Assembly (NCBI GenBank): GCA_963737655.1 | Contig: CAVTTN010000002.1 | Coordinates: 3,200,001-3,264,000 of the forward strand | Source of the DNA: an uncultured Planctomycetota bacterium | GTDB taxonomy: Bacteria; Planctomycetota; Planctomycetia; Isosphaerales; Isosphaeraceae | Reading direction: 5' to 3' | DNA: 64,000 nt | Shown here: in pieces, positions 1-9,549 of the stretch | Layout: each line of letters begins with the position of its first letter | How positions within the stretch are numbered: the first letter of the stretch is position 1 | Position numbers and translations under genes: made by a program | The notes under the pieces: generated by a model | Told to the model about the DNA's origin: nothing | The model's input: the letters and a program-made list of their open reading frames with translations, nothing else | Database searches by the model: none

Positions 1-1054
1 CGATGGGGTTGATGAGCATGTCATCGCCGCGTTGGTAGCCGATGAGGATCGCCGAGCGCTTGTCGGTCCGGTGGCGGAGGAACATGCTGGAGACCTCGAC
101 GAAGTCCCGGCCGACCAGCGCCTGGGGCATCGGGAGGTAGAACATCTCGTTGGCGTCGCGGCCGACGGTGAGCAATTCCTGATAAATTCGCGTGAGTCCG
201 TGATAGAGCGCCGATCGCGCGAGGAGCCGCAGGGCCAGGTCGTCCGAGGAGATGATCTCGTCGGCTCCCGCCTTGGCCAGGTGGTGGCGGTTGGCCGGGT
301 TGCGGCACTCGACGGCCACGCTCACGTTCTCATTCTTGATCACATTCTTGATCGAGATGCAGGTCAGGATGGTCTTGCCGTCGGCGTGCTCGCCCTGGCG
401 GTCGTCGGCCAGGACGACGACGGTGTGGGCCTTGGCCACCCTCGCGCGGCGGAGGACGACCTCGTTGGCCGGGTCCCCCTTGACGATGTAGACGTCGTGG
501 AAGGCGGCCTCGTCCTGCTTGTCGGGCAGGTCCACCTGCTCGGGGTCGTCGTGGATGATCACGACCGGGCGCTTGTCCTGGATGATCTTGCTGTGGACTT
601 CCTGGATCCATTCGAGGGCCGGGAGCCCAGTTGCACAGGACCAGATGGTTTTCCATCTCGAAATGAGTCACCTCGCGCCTCCGGAGCCGGTTCTCGACGA
701 AGATCGATGCGATGCTGCCGGTGAAGACGGCCACCAGGCAGACGCCCACCACGAGGACCATGATCGCGGCGACCCGCCCGGGGAACGTCTTCGGCGAATC
801 GTTCATGCCGTTGAAGAGGACGAGCCAGACGTTCCAGAACGCCTCGCCCCAGGAGTTGAACGCCGGGTTGTCGCGACCCTCGGCATAGTGGATCGTCGTG
901 GCGCCGAGGACCCAGGCGATCAGGAGGGTCCAGAGGATGCGGAAGAACTGGTTGCGCCTCAGGAGGCGGAAGATGTCGGGCCAGGACAGGGCCGGGCCCG
1001 GCTCCTCAGGGCCCGGACGAACCGGGTGGATCGGGGCGGATTGATCTGGGTCAT
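1..1054 (-). CDS. Two-TM ion channel with C-terminal RCK/TrkA-N domain; runs off the left edge; two apparent frameshifts (~992, ~620)
   Basis: Joined frames read TM1, pore (AFWNVWLVLFNGMNDSPKTFPGR), TM2, then HLVLCNW...VKGDPANEVVLRRARVAKAHTVVVLAD...AGADEIIS (RCK). The ATG at 1052-1054 overlaps the upstream TGA (ATGA). Confidence 0.8.
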
Positions 1055-4000
1055 GGGGTGGCCGCGGCCCCTCGGCCCTTCGTCCCGGCCGACTCGCGGC
1101 CGGGCGCCACGATCAGGCGGATCGGCGCCGAGGAGTGCTCGGTCCCCGAGGGCTCGCACGTCGCCACGGCGAAGATCGGCCGTTCTCCCGGCTCGGCCCA
1201 GGGGTCGGCGCCCAGGGTGATCGTCCGTTCGACCTCCTTCTCGGTCACGAGCACCCCGTTCAGCCCGATATTCAGCACCTTCACCCCCCGGGGCAGGTTG
1301 CGGACCTCGATCGGCACCCGACCCGAGAACGCCGGGCCTCGCTCCACCGAGAGGGTCAGCTCGACCGTCTCCCCCGGCCGGATCGTGACCGATCGGGCCT
1401 GGGCCGAGACCTTCAGGTTGGCGTTCTCGATCACCGAGAGGAACCCCGCATTCTCCCCGCCGGGATCGGTCACGTGAACCACGACCCGATCGGCGATCCT
1501 GGACCGCCCGGTCACCTTCCAGCCCGGCGGCGAAACGCCCGGGGCGGCCGGATCGGCCCGGAGGCCGAGGAAGGTGAAGTAGGATTCGGACTCGATGACC
1601 GACGGCTCGGCCGAGACGCCCGGCGGCAGGCCCTCGGCCGAGACCTCGATCGGACCTTCATGGCCGTCGAACCGCCGGGCCTCCACCAGGACCGGGAGCG
1701 TCCCGCCTCGGGGGACGTTCGGATCGGGCGAGGCCACGGTCAGGGAGAAGTCGGGCTGAGGCTCGCGGACCACCAGATGGTAGCCGAATCCCGGCCCGCC
1801 CAGGCCCCGGACGTCCTCGACCCGGATCCGGTAATCGCCGTCGGCCGGGGGATCGAAGATCATCGAGCAATCCTTGCCCAGGCCCGGCCCGCCGTCGTCG
1901 TTCCGGTAGAAGAGGGTGACCGGGGGCGTCCCCCCGGGCGGGAAGGTCGAGCCCGGCGGGTGGATCTCGACCTTGTCGATCCGTTGATTCATCGGATGAT
2001 GTTCGGGTGTGGTCCCGAGGAAGCCGATCCGCTCGCCCGCGCCCGATCGGGGGCGGCCCGTGCCCCAGAACACGGCGTCGTCGTCGGGGTTGCGGGGGAG
2101 CTCGTCGATCCTCAGCAGCTCCCGGCCGATCAGGACGAAATCCCCTTCGCGAAAGCCATTCCACTGGGTCAGGCGGATGGTCCGCGACGCCGAGGGATGG
2201 TCGCGAAATGCCACGTTCGTCTCTTCGACGGGCCGCAAGACGGCTCGGGGGACGCGCCGGCCCGAGGCGTCGAGCACCTCCAGGGCCGGGTCGATCGGCG
2301 AGCCCAGACGGCGGCCGAAGACCTCGATCACCCGTTTTTGGCCTTTTCTCGCGTGAAACGTGAAAAGGTCCGCATCGCCGGCCCGGTCGATGCGTCCCGA
2401 GGCCCCTCCCGGCGCGTCGAGCGGTGTGGCCGTCTTCGGGTCGTCGTTCGGCTCGGCCTCGACGGCCTGCTTCCCCTCGGCGAGGACGACCGCCAGCGAC
2501 GAGGGGCCGACATCGGACGAGGCGAGGTCGAGGATCGGCCGGACCTCGGGCCGATCCCGTCCGGTCGCCGCGACGGCCAGGCGAGAGGTGCCCAGGTTCA
2601 CCCCGATCAGCGCAACTTCTTCGCCCGCTAGAGGTTCGAACCCGAGGGGGAAGACCGCTTCGACCCTCGGAACCGCCCCCGCCCGGATCCGATAGAAGAG
2701 GGCCCCGGAGCCTCCGAGGTCGGCGTCCTCGACCCTCAGGGCGTAGCGGCCATCCTCGGGGATGCGGACCTTGAGCACGGGGTCCGGGGACAGGTCGGAA
2801 TGGCCGGCGACGGCCAGGACCGCCCCGCTTTCCGACACCACCGCGATCGAGCCGGTCAGCGTCGAACCCAGCCGACGGGCCGTGACCTCGAAGACCAGGT
2901 CGGCCCCTCGTTTCGCATCAAATCGGAACCAATCGACATCGCCCGGACGGTCGATCGTGCCGAGGAGGGTCGCGGGGAGGGCGACCGACGTCGCTTTCTG
3001 AAAATCATCGTTGGGCTCGGCCTCCGCCTGCTCCGGTTCCCTCGAAATCGCGAACGGCTGGGAGGCCGGGGTGCCCAGAGGAGTGCGGACCGTGATTCGA
3101 CGAATCCCGGGACGCGCTTCCGGGCCGATCTTCAGGTCGATTTCGAGGGAATTGGGGTCGGGCTTCGGCGTCGGGACGATCTTGGCGGAGGCATCGGCCC
3201 CGTCGAGGACCACGGCATCGGCCCGACCCACGCCGTTGCCCGAAAGCCGGACGCGGACCGTGCTGCCGATGATCCCGCCTCGGGGATTTGGGGGATTCAG
3301 GGTCGCGTTTGAGGTCAACCGAGGCGGTTCGGCGGGCTTCGCGTCGGGGGGCGCTTTCAGGGTCCGGAGCAGCTTCCCGGAGGCCAGGTCCAGGAGGTCG
3401 AGCGAGCCGTCGGCGCGGCCCACGGCGATTTTCGCGCCATCGGGGGCGATCGCCAGGGCCATGGACCAGTCCGAACCAGTTTGAAGCAAAGAGGATGGAG
3501 CAAGCGAGGCGAGGTCCCACCGCTTGACGGCGCGATCCTCGCCCCCCGAGATGAGCGTCTTGCCGTCGGGCGAGACGGCGAGGCGGACGATGGGGGCGTC
3601 GTGGGCGAAGGCCGACCGGACGAGCCGGCCCGAAGTCCCCACGAGGAGCCAACTTCGGATCGACCGATCGACACCTCCGGCCAGGACCAGCCCCTCCGGG
3701 CCGAAGGCCACCGCGGAGACCTCGGCGGTCGAGTCGCCCAGGCTGGCCGTTTTCTGCCCGGCGGCCACGTCCCAGACCTTGACCGTCCGGTCGGCCGACG
3801 CCGAGGCGACCGATCGGCCGTCGGGCGAGAAGGCGACGGCCAGGACGGCGTCGGTATGCTCCTTCAAGGCCCGGAGCTCGCGGCCGGTCGTGGCGTCCCA
3901 GAGTTTGGCGAGCCGGTCGTAACTCCCGGTGACGATAGTTTTTCCGTCAGGAGACAGGGCCGCGCCAAGGATCGAGTCCGAATGCCCCCGGACCTCGTAT

Positions 4001-4671
4001 TTCCTCGCCTTCGAGGCGACGTCCCAGGCCGACAGGCTGCCGAACTGGCCGGGACGGCCCCCCCCGGCGTAAATCGTGAGCCCATCGGGAGAAAAGAACA
4101 CGGCGTTCATCGATCCCGAATTCCCTTCGAGGGACGTCGGCGGGGCATCCGAGCCGATCGCAAACAACCAGATTCGCGGGCCGGAGGCCGCCGCGAGCGT
4201 CGAGCCGTCTCGGGAGAAGGCGACCGCCGCGATCGGGTCGGTCGAGCGGACCTTGGGAGCGAGCTCGGGAAGACCGGCGAGAGGATCGACGAGCGAGGTG
4301 AGAGGCGAGTCGGCCTCGGAGGGGCCGTCAAACTTCGCGCCTTCCCGGACCCATCGCGAAAGCACGGCGATTTCGGCGCCACGAAGGGGCGGAAGTTCCA
4401 ATGGCATCCGGGGTTCGGCGTCGAGCGCGACCGACTCGATCAGGCCGCTCGACTCGGGGTCGCCCGGGACGAGGATCGCCGATCCCCGGCCTTTCCCGCC
4501 CTTTTTCAATCGGGCGAACGTCGAGAGGTCGAGCCCGCCCCGGGCTTTGGTGGCGTTATGGCAGGCGAGGCACCGTTTCGCCAAAATCGGCGCAACTTCG
4601 GCCCGGAAACTGACCGGGTCGGCCGGTGCCGGCTGGGAGGTCACGACGATGAAGGCGAGAAACAGGGTCAT
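1051..4671 (-). CDS. Secreted planctomycete cytochrome c (PSCyt1) + WD40 repeats + PPC-like domain protein
   Basis: Signal peptide; VSFRAEVAPILAKRCLACH heme motif; GH...WD repeats; repeated EAEPND/GDVDWFRF PPC-type motifs. Confidence 0.85.
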   Translation of the reverse strand: MTLFLAFIVVTSQPAPADPVSFRAEVAPILAKRCLACHNATKARGGLDLSTFARLKKGGKGRGSAILVPGDPESSGLIESVALDAEPRMPLELPPLRGAEIAVLSRWVREGAKFDGPSEADSPLTSLVDPLAGLPELAPKVRSTDPIAAVAFSRDGSTLAAASGPRIWLFAIGSDAPPTSLEGNSGSMNAVFFSPDGLTIYAGGGRPGQFGSLSAWDVASKARKYEVRGHSDSILGAALSPDGKTIVTGSYDRLAKLWDATTGRELRALKEHTDAVLAVAFSPDGRSVASASADRTVKVWDVAAGQKTASLGDSTAEVSAVAFGPEGLVLAGGVDRSIRSWLLVGTSGRLVRSAFAHDAPIVRLAVSPDGKTLISGGEDRAVKRWDLASLAPSSLLQTGSDWSMALAIAPDGAKIAVGRADGSLDLLDLASGKLLRTLKAPPDAKPAEPPRLTSNATLNPPNPRGGIIGSTVRVRLSGNGVGRADAVVLDGADASAKIVPTPKPDPNSLEIDLKIGPEARPGIRRITVRTPLGTPASQPFAISREPEQAEAEPNDDFQKATSVALPATLLGTIDRPGDVDWFRFDAKRGADLVFEVTARRLGSTLTGSIAVVSESGAVLAVAGHSDLSPDPVLKVRIPEDGRYALRVEDADLGGSGALFYRIRAGAVPRVEAVFPLGFEPLAGEEVALIGVNLGTSRLAVAATGRDRPEVRPILDLASSDVGPSSLAVVLAEGKQAVEAEPNDDPKTATPLDAPGGASGRIDRAGDADLFTFHARKGQKRVIEVFGRRLGSPIDPALEVLDASGRRVPRAVLRPVEETNVAFRDHPSASRTIRLTQWNGFREGDFVLIGRELLRIDELPRNPDDDAVFWGTGRPRSGAGERIGFLGTTPEHHPMNQRIDKVEIHPPGSTFPPGGTPPVTLFYRNDDGGPGLGKDCSMIFDPPADGDYRIRVEDVRGLGGPGFGYHLVVREPQPDFSLTVASPDPNVPRGGTLPVLVEARRFDGHEGPIEVSAEGLPPGVSAEPSVIESESYFTFLGLRADPAAPGVSPPGWKVTGRSRIADRVVVHVTDPGGENAGFLSVIENANLKVSAQARSVTIRPGETVELTLSVERGPAFSGRVPIEVRNLPRGVKVLNIGLNGVLVTEKEVERTITLGADPWAEPGERPIFAVATCEPSGTEHSSAPIRLIVAPGRESAGTKGRGAAATP

Positions 4672-4729
4672 TCCGGGCCATTCCTGGTGATTGCGTGCAT
4701 GGTTGGCGGCCTCGGGCCGCCCTCGGTCT

Positions 4730-4751
4730 GGTGCATTTCATGCACCCTACA
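4730..4751 (-). repeat. REP family A unit (TGTAGGGTGCATGAAATGCACC)
   Basis: GTAG + palindrome GGTGCAT-GAA-ATGCACC; the same unit recurs at ~20.2, 20.35, 40.1 (x2) and 56.3 kb. Confidence 0.85.
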
Positions 4752-7182
4752 GGTTGAAGAGGAATTCCTTGCTGGTCAGGACGGCCCAGAACAGATCCTC
4801 GACGGCGTGGCGGCGAGCGGCCGGGTCCTTGTCCGCCGAGGCGGCTTCGGCCAGGATTGCCGAGAGCTGTTCCCGTTCTTTTGGCGTGGGAAAGCGAGCC
4901 AGGGCGGACAAAAACAACGTTTCGACCACGTCCGCATCGGCCTTTCCCGAACTCGCCAGAATCGCCGCCGCGCCCTGGTCGTCGCGGATCTTGGCGTTCA
5001 GCGTCTCGCCATTGGCCAAATTAAGCGCTTGACTGACCGAGGGTTCGGCCGAGCGTTCGCAAGAGCAGGTATTGGCCCGCTCGGGACGGCCGAACGAGTC
5101 GAGGAAGGCGTTCGCCACCTGGGCGTCGGGCAACTGAAGACTTTTCCAGCCCTTGGGATATCCGGTGAAATCGGAGGGGCGGTGGGTGACCTGGGAAAAT
5201 GCGTCGAGGAGGACTTCGGCGGGGAGCCGGCGGACGAGGTAATGGCTGAGGAACTTGCCGTCTCCCTCGTTTCCGGGGACCGGCTCGCTGGACCTCTCGT
5301 AACAGGCGGACGTCATGATCCGGCGGGCCAGCCGTTTGACGCTCCGGCCGTCCTGGCGGAAGTCCTCGACGAGGCGGGCGAGGAGGTCCGGATCGCTGGG
5401 CGGGTTGGTGGCGCGGAGGTCGTCCTCGGGTTCGATCAGCCCTCGGCCAAAGAAGTTGCGCCAGACCCGGTTGACGATCGCCCGGTCGAAATAGGGGTTT
5501 TCAGGAGCCGCCAGCCAGTCCGCGAACGCCTCGCGGCGGTCGTTGCGATCTTCGATCGCAAGGGCCAGGCCATCCAGGGGTTGCGGAGCCATGGGCCGAC
5601 CCTTGCGAGGGTGGAGGACCTCGCCCTCGGCCGTCGGCGAGACGACCACGTCCCCCTTCTCGGGGCCGTCCTTCAGGGAGACCCGGGCGAACAGGTTGGC
5701 CATGCCGTAATACTGGTCTTGCGTCCACTTTTCCATCGGATGATTATGGCAGCGGGCGCAGGTCAGGGACATGCCGAGGAACGCCATCGAGGCGTTTTCG
5801 GTGAGGTCGATCGGGTCGCGATGGAGCACGAAGTAATTGGCGGCGCCGTTTTCGAGGGTGGAACCCCGGGCGGTGACGATCCGCCGCGCAAGTTGGTCCC
5901 AGGGCAGGTCTTCGGCCACGGCCTGGCGGATCGCCCGGTGGAATGCCCACATGGCCGGGGCGGCGAGCTTCTTGGAGGAGACGAGGAAGAGGTCCGACCA
6001 CTTGTAGGCCCAGTAATCGACGAACTCGGGCGAGGCGAGCAGGCGATCGACGAGCTTCGCGCGCTTGTTCGGGTCGGGGTCGGCGAGGAACGCGCGGACG
6101 GCCTCGGCCGAGGGCAGGGTCCCGGTGGCGTCGAGCGAGGCCCGGCGGAGGAACTGGGCGTCCGTGGAGGGGGGCGAGGGGGGAATTCCGAGCGATTCGA
6201 GCTTCCGCAAATTGAGGTCATCGATCGGGTTGTGGCGAGCGGCCCGGGCGTAAATCGACGGATCGGCGGGTGTCGCGGTGGGGACCGTCACGGTCAGACG
6301 ATCGACGAGGCTGGCGAACCAGACGGTCACGGCCGCCTCGCCTCGACCCTCGACCTTCACCCGGCCGGAATCGTCCACCCGGGCGACCGTGTCGTCGGTG
6401 CTGCCGAACTTGGCCCAGCGGGTCACGTCGGCCGATCGGCCGTCGGCGTAAACCGCCATCACCACAACACGTTGCGAATCGCCCGGCGAGAGCCGGACGG
6501 CCCGGGGGAGGGCCTCGACGCGGACCAGCTTCGGCTCGTCGTCCCGGGGACGGGGAGTCCCCCAGGCGATCCAGTCGGCGAGGATTCGGTAGTCGGGCGA
6601 GTCCTCGGTGAACCGGATGCCTCCCCCGTGCTCCAGGCTGCCGCTGGGCTTGAGCAAAAGCAAACTTTCGGAGGGTTTGGTGCGGTTGATCCGTCGGCCG
6701 AGGGCCTGGCGGGTCATGGCGTCGTGGTCGATTTCGGGGGCGTAACCGCGAAGGGAGAGGCGGAAGCCGTTCTTGCCGGCCGCCGCCCCGTGGCAGGCCC
6801 CCATGTTGCAGCCGGCGCGGGTCAGGACGGGCAGGACGTCGAGCTGGAAGCTGGGAGGGGCCTCGCGGGCCGAGTTCCTCACGACGATCCGGGCCGAGAC
6901 GGCCCGATCTCCAACCCGAGCCGTGAGGACCGCCGAGCCGTCCCCTTTGGGTGCGACCCGGCCGAGCGAATCCACCTCCGCGACCTCGGGGCGGTCGATC
7001 GAGAAGGCAGCCTTCGGGGTCAGGTCGGCGGTGAAGACGCCTTGCCGGACCTCCTCGGCCACGAAGGTTTGCGACGATCGGGGGCCGTCAAGGACTGCCG
7101 AGGGGGGCAGGATCGCCAGCTCCTGGGCGTGGGCCTGGGCGATCAGGGCCCAGGAGGCCGCGAGCAGGAGGGGACGCGTCAT
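4747..7182 (-). CDS. DUF1549/DUF1553 (PSCyt2/PSD1) protein with Ig-like (Big_2) domains
   Basis: GCNMGACHG, FLRRASLD, CARCHNHP, NRVWRNFFGRGL, C-terminal EFLFN; signal peptide. Confidence 0.9.
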   Translation of the reverse strand: MTRPLLLAASWALIAQAHAQELAILPPSAVLDGPRSSQTFVAEEVRQGVFTADLTPKAAFSIDRPEVAEVDSLGRVAPKGDGSAVLTARVGDRAVSARIVVRNSAREAPPSFQLDVLPVLTRAGCNMGACHGAAAGKNGFRLSLRGYAPEIDHDAMTRQALGRRINRTKPSESLLLLKPSGSLEHGGGIRFTEDSPDYRILADWIAWGTPRPRDDEPKLVRVEALPRAVRLSPGDSQRVVVMAVYADGRSADVTRWAKFGSTDDTVARVDDSGRVKVEGRGEAAVTVWFASLVDRLTVTVPTATPADPSIYARAARHNPIDDLNLRKLESLGIPPSPPSTDAQFLRRASLDATGTLPSAEAVRAFLADPDPNKRAKLVDRLLASPEFVDYWAYKWSDLFLVSSKKLAAPAMWAFHRAIRQAVAEDLPWDQLARRIVTARGSTLENGAANYFVLHRDPIDLTENASMAFLGMSLTCARCHNHPMEKWTQDQYYGMANLFARVSLKDGPEKGDVVVSPTAEGEVLHPRKGRPMAPQPLDGLALAIEDRNDRREAFADWLAAPENPYFDRAIVNRVWRNFFGRGLIEPEDDLRATNPPSDPDLLARLVEDFRQDGRSVKRLARRIMTSACYERSSEPVPGNEGDGKFLSHYLVRRLPAEVLLDAFSQVTHRPSDFTGYPKGWKSLQLPDAQVANAFLDSFGRPERANTCSCERSAEPSVSQALNLANGETLNAKIRDDQGAAAILASSGKADADVVETLFLSALARFPTPKEREQLSAILAEAASADKDPAARRHAVEDLFWAVLTSKEFLFNL

Positions 7183-7240
7183 TCGAGGCCTCAAGGCAGG
7201 AATTTGGGAAGGTCAGGAAGGAGGGACGGTTCGCGGCCGA

Positions 7241-8611
7241 TCAGAGGAGCTCTCGGATCGGCTCGACCCCGTGATCGACGATGCGGATCGGGCGGTTCTG
7301 GGGGCCGGGCAGTTCGGTATCGAGCGAGATCCCGAGGCCGTGGAAGACGGTGGCGGCGATCTCGGCCGTGGTGACCGGGCGGTCTTTGGGGGCGAATCCG
7401 ATCTCGTCGGAGGCGCCAACGACCGTACCGCCTCGGATCGGCCCGCCGGCGAGGAGCGAGGTCCAGCAGCCGGGGTGATGGTCGCGGCCTCCGGCCGGGT
7501 TGATCTTGGGGGTCCGGCCGAACTCGCCGAAGGCCAGGACCATGGTGTTGCCGAGCCTCCCGGAGCGGGAAAGGTCCTCGATCAGGGCCGAATAGGCGTT
7601 GTCGAAGTTCGGTCCCACCTCGGACTTGTAGCAATCGATGGGGCTGAACGGGCTGGAGCCGTGGATGTCCCAGGTGATCTCGTTGAAGACGGTTTCGAAC
7701 ATGTTCACGGTCACGAACCGAACGCCCCGCTCGACCAATCGGCGGGCGAGGAGGCAGGACTGGCCGAAGCGGGTCCGTCCGTAGCGGTCGCGGACGGCGT
7801 CGGGCTCGCTCTTGAGGTCGAACGCCTCCCGGGCGGCCGGGCTGGACATCAGCTTGTAGGCTTGCTGGAAATTCGCGTCCATCAGCCGGGCGTCGGCGGA
7901 GCTTTCGAAGGCGCGGACCGAGCCGTCCACGGCGTCCCGAAGGCGTCTCCGCCGGTCCTCTCGGACGGCCGAGATGTAGCCCGGGGGGCGGAGGTCGGGG
8001 ACCTGGAAATCCCGGGCGGACGGGTCGGCGTTGAGGACGAACGGATCGAAAGTCTTGCCGAGATATCCGGCGGTCTGGCCGTGGGGCATGGCCCCTCCGG
8101 TGTTGCCGATGGGCCGGGGCATCAGGACGTGGGGCGGCGCATCCCCTTTCGCCCCTTTAACTTTCGCCAGGACGCAGCCCATGTGCGGGTGCTCGATCCC
8201 GCCGGTGAAGAGGCGGCCGGTCTGCATCATCTGGTGGCCGGTGTCATGAACGGCCGTGGCGGTGTGGTAGCAGGACCGGACCAGGGCGACCTTGTCCATC
8301 AGCCCGGCCAGGCGGGGGAAGACCTCGGAGACCTGGACGCCCGGGACCTTCGTGGCGATCGGCCGGAACGGCCCCCGGACCTCGCTGGGGGCGTCGGGCT
8401 TCATGTCCCAGGTGTCGAGCTGGGACGGCCCTCCGACGAGGAACAGGAGGATGCAGTTCACGTCGCGGTCGGCGGCGTGTCCGTCGGCCCTGGCCTGCTC
8501 CAGCTGGGAGAGGCCGAGGCCGAGCATCCCGAGGGAGCCGGCGTGGAGGAAATCGCGGCGAGAGAGGCCGTCGCAGAAGCGGGCGGGCCGGCGGGCGTCG
8601 AGGCGGATCAT
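7241..8611 (-). CDS. DUF1501 family protein (Tat-type signal)
   Basis: SRRDFL, GGPSQLDTWDMKP, GQSCLLARRLVERGVRFV, GEFGRTPKIN, GRDHHP. Confidence 0.92.
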   Translation of the reverse strand: MIRLDARRPARFCDGLSRRDFLHAGSLGMLGLGLSQLEQARADGHAADRDVNCILLFLVGGPSQLDTWDMKPDAPSEVRGPFRPIATKVPGVQVSEVFPRLAGLMDKVALVRSCYHTATAVHDTGHQMMQTGRLFTGGIEHPHMGCVLAKVKGAKGDAPPHVLMPRPIGNTGGAMPHGQTAGYLGKTFDPFVLNADPSARDFQVPDLRPPGYISAVREDRRRRLRDAVDGSVRAFESSADARLMDANFQQAYKLMSSPAAREAFDLKSEPDAVRDRYGRTRFGQSCLLARRLVERGVRFVTVNMFETVFNEITWDIHGSSPFSPIDCYKSEVGPNFDNAYSALIEDLSRSGRLGNTMVLAFGEFGRTPKINPAGGRDHHPGCWTSLLAGGPIRGGTVVGASDEIGFAPKDRPVTTAEIAATVFHGLGISLDTELPGPQNRPIRIVDHGVEPIRELL

Positions 8612-9014
8612 GGGGCGATGTCCCCGGGGAGGGCGGGGCGAGCCGGTCGGGAAGATCGGCGGGCCGACCCGCCACTGTAATCCGGCGGAGGGGGCAGGTC
8701 AAATCCGTAGCGGTCGAGATCCTCGCCGTTTCTTCCTTCACGGAGAGTCGCTCGAAAGTGTTCTGGGCGGCACGAGTTCCGCCTTCGGGCACGTGGGCCG
8801 TCCCCGACCGGTCCCGTCCTCGGAACCCGTGCCGCCGGAAATCCTTGCGGCCGGGGGTCTTCGGGGCCGGAAACCGGCTTTGGTGGAGATCCCGGCGGCC
8901 GGCGTTCTCGAAATCTGAAAAAAAATGCGAGATTGCGTCTCCCTCGGCACGACCGGCCGTCGTATAGTGGGAGATTACCACGCCCGAGCGAATGACCTCA
9001 GCCGGGGTCGATCC

Positions 9015-9386
9015 GTGCGCCTCGCCCAGTCCCGTCCGAACCTGATGCCGCTCCTCCTGGCCTGGGTGCTGGCCGGGCCGTGGTCGCTCGTGGTGGCGTC
9101 GGCGGCGACGGACGTGGGGCCGATCCGGCCGGAGCCGACGGCCCATCGAACCGGGCATGCGGGCAAGTCGCGTCCGGTCGATTCCTCGGCGCTGAAGGCC
9201 CTGGTCACGGGGGACGACGCAGACGACGGGGACGATCGCGACCCGGACCGCCCCCTGATCGTGGCGAGCCTCGGGCCCGAGCCGTTCGGTCCGGTCTGGC
9301 AACTGGATTCGCGGCTGGTGTGCCCGCGCTTCTTGCCGGTCCCTCCGCGGGATCGGCTGCTCGTTTCCTGGCGATTGCGGCTCTAG
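9015..9386 (+). CDS. Small leader-type protein upstream of the RND operon (start uncertain, 8925-9045)
   Basis: Hydrophobic N-terminus LLLAWVLAGPWSLVVASA, acidic patch DDADDGDD, basic C-terminus RLLVSWRLRL. Confidence 0.4.
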   Translation: MRLAQSRPNLMPLLLAWVLAGPWSLVVASAATDVGPIRPEPTAHRTGHAGKSRPVDSSALKALVTGDDADDGDDRDPDRPLIVASLGPEPFGPVWQLDSRLVCPRFLPVPPRDRLLVSWRLRL

Positions 9387-9549
9387 AGGCCGGGCCGGCG
9401 GGTTCCCCCGCCCCGTCGGTTCCGGCCCAAGCCGCGCGATGACGCCGGCCCCCCATCCCACCCCGTTTCGATCGCACGAGGCCCGAGCTCCGGCCCCTCG
9501 CGGATCGACCGATCTCCCATCCACGGCTCTCCTTCGGGGTCCGAGACAC

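Noticed and set aside
3481..7374. Very long antisense ORFs (also 29248..32364, 40733..44629, 56259..59339 and others)
   Set aside because: Shadow frames of well-supported opposite-strand genes; stop-poor because of high GC and codon bias; no recognisable motifs.
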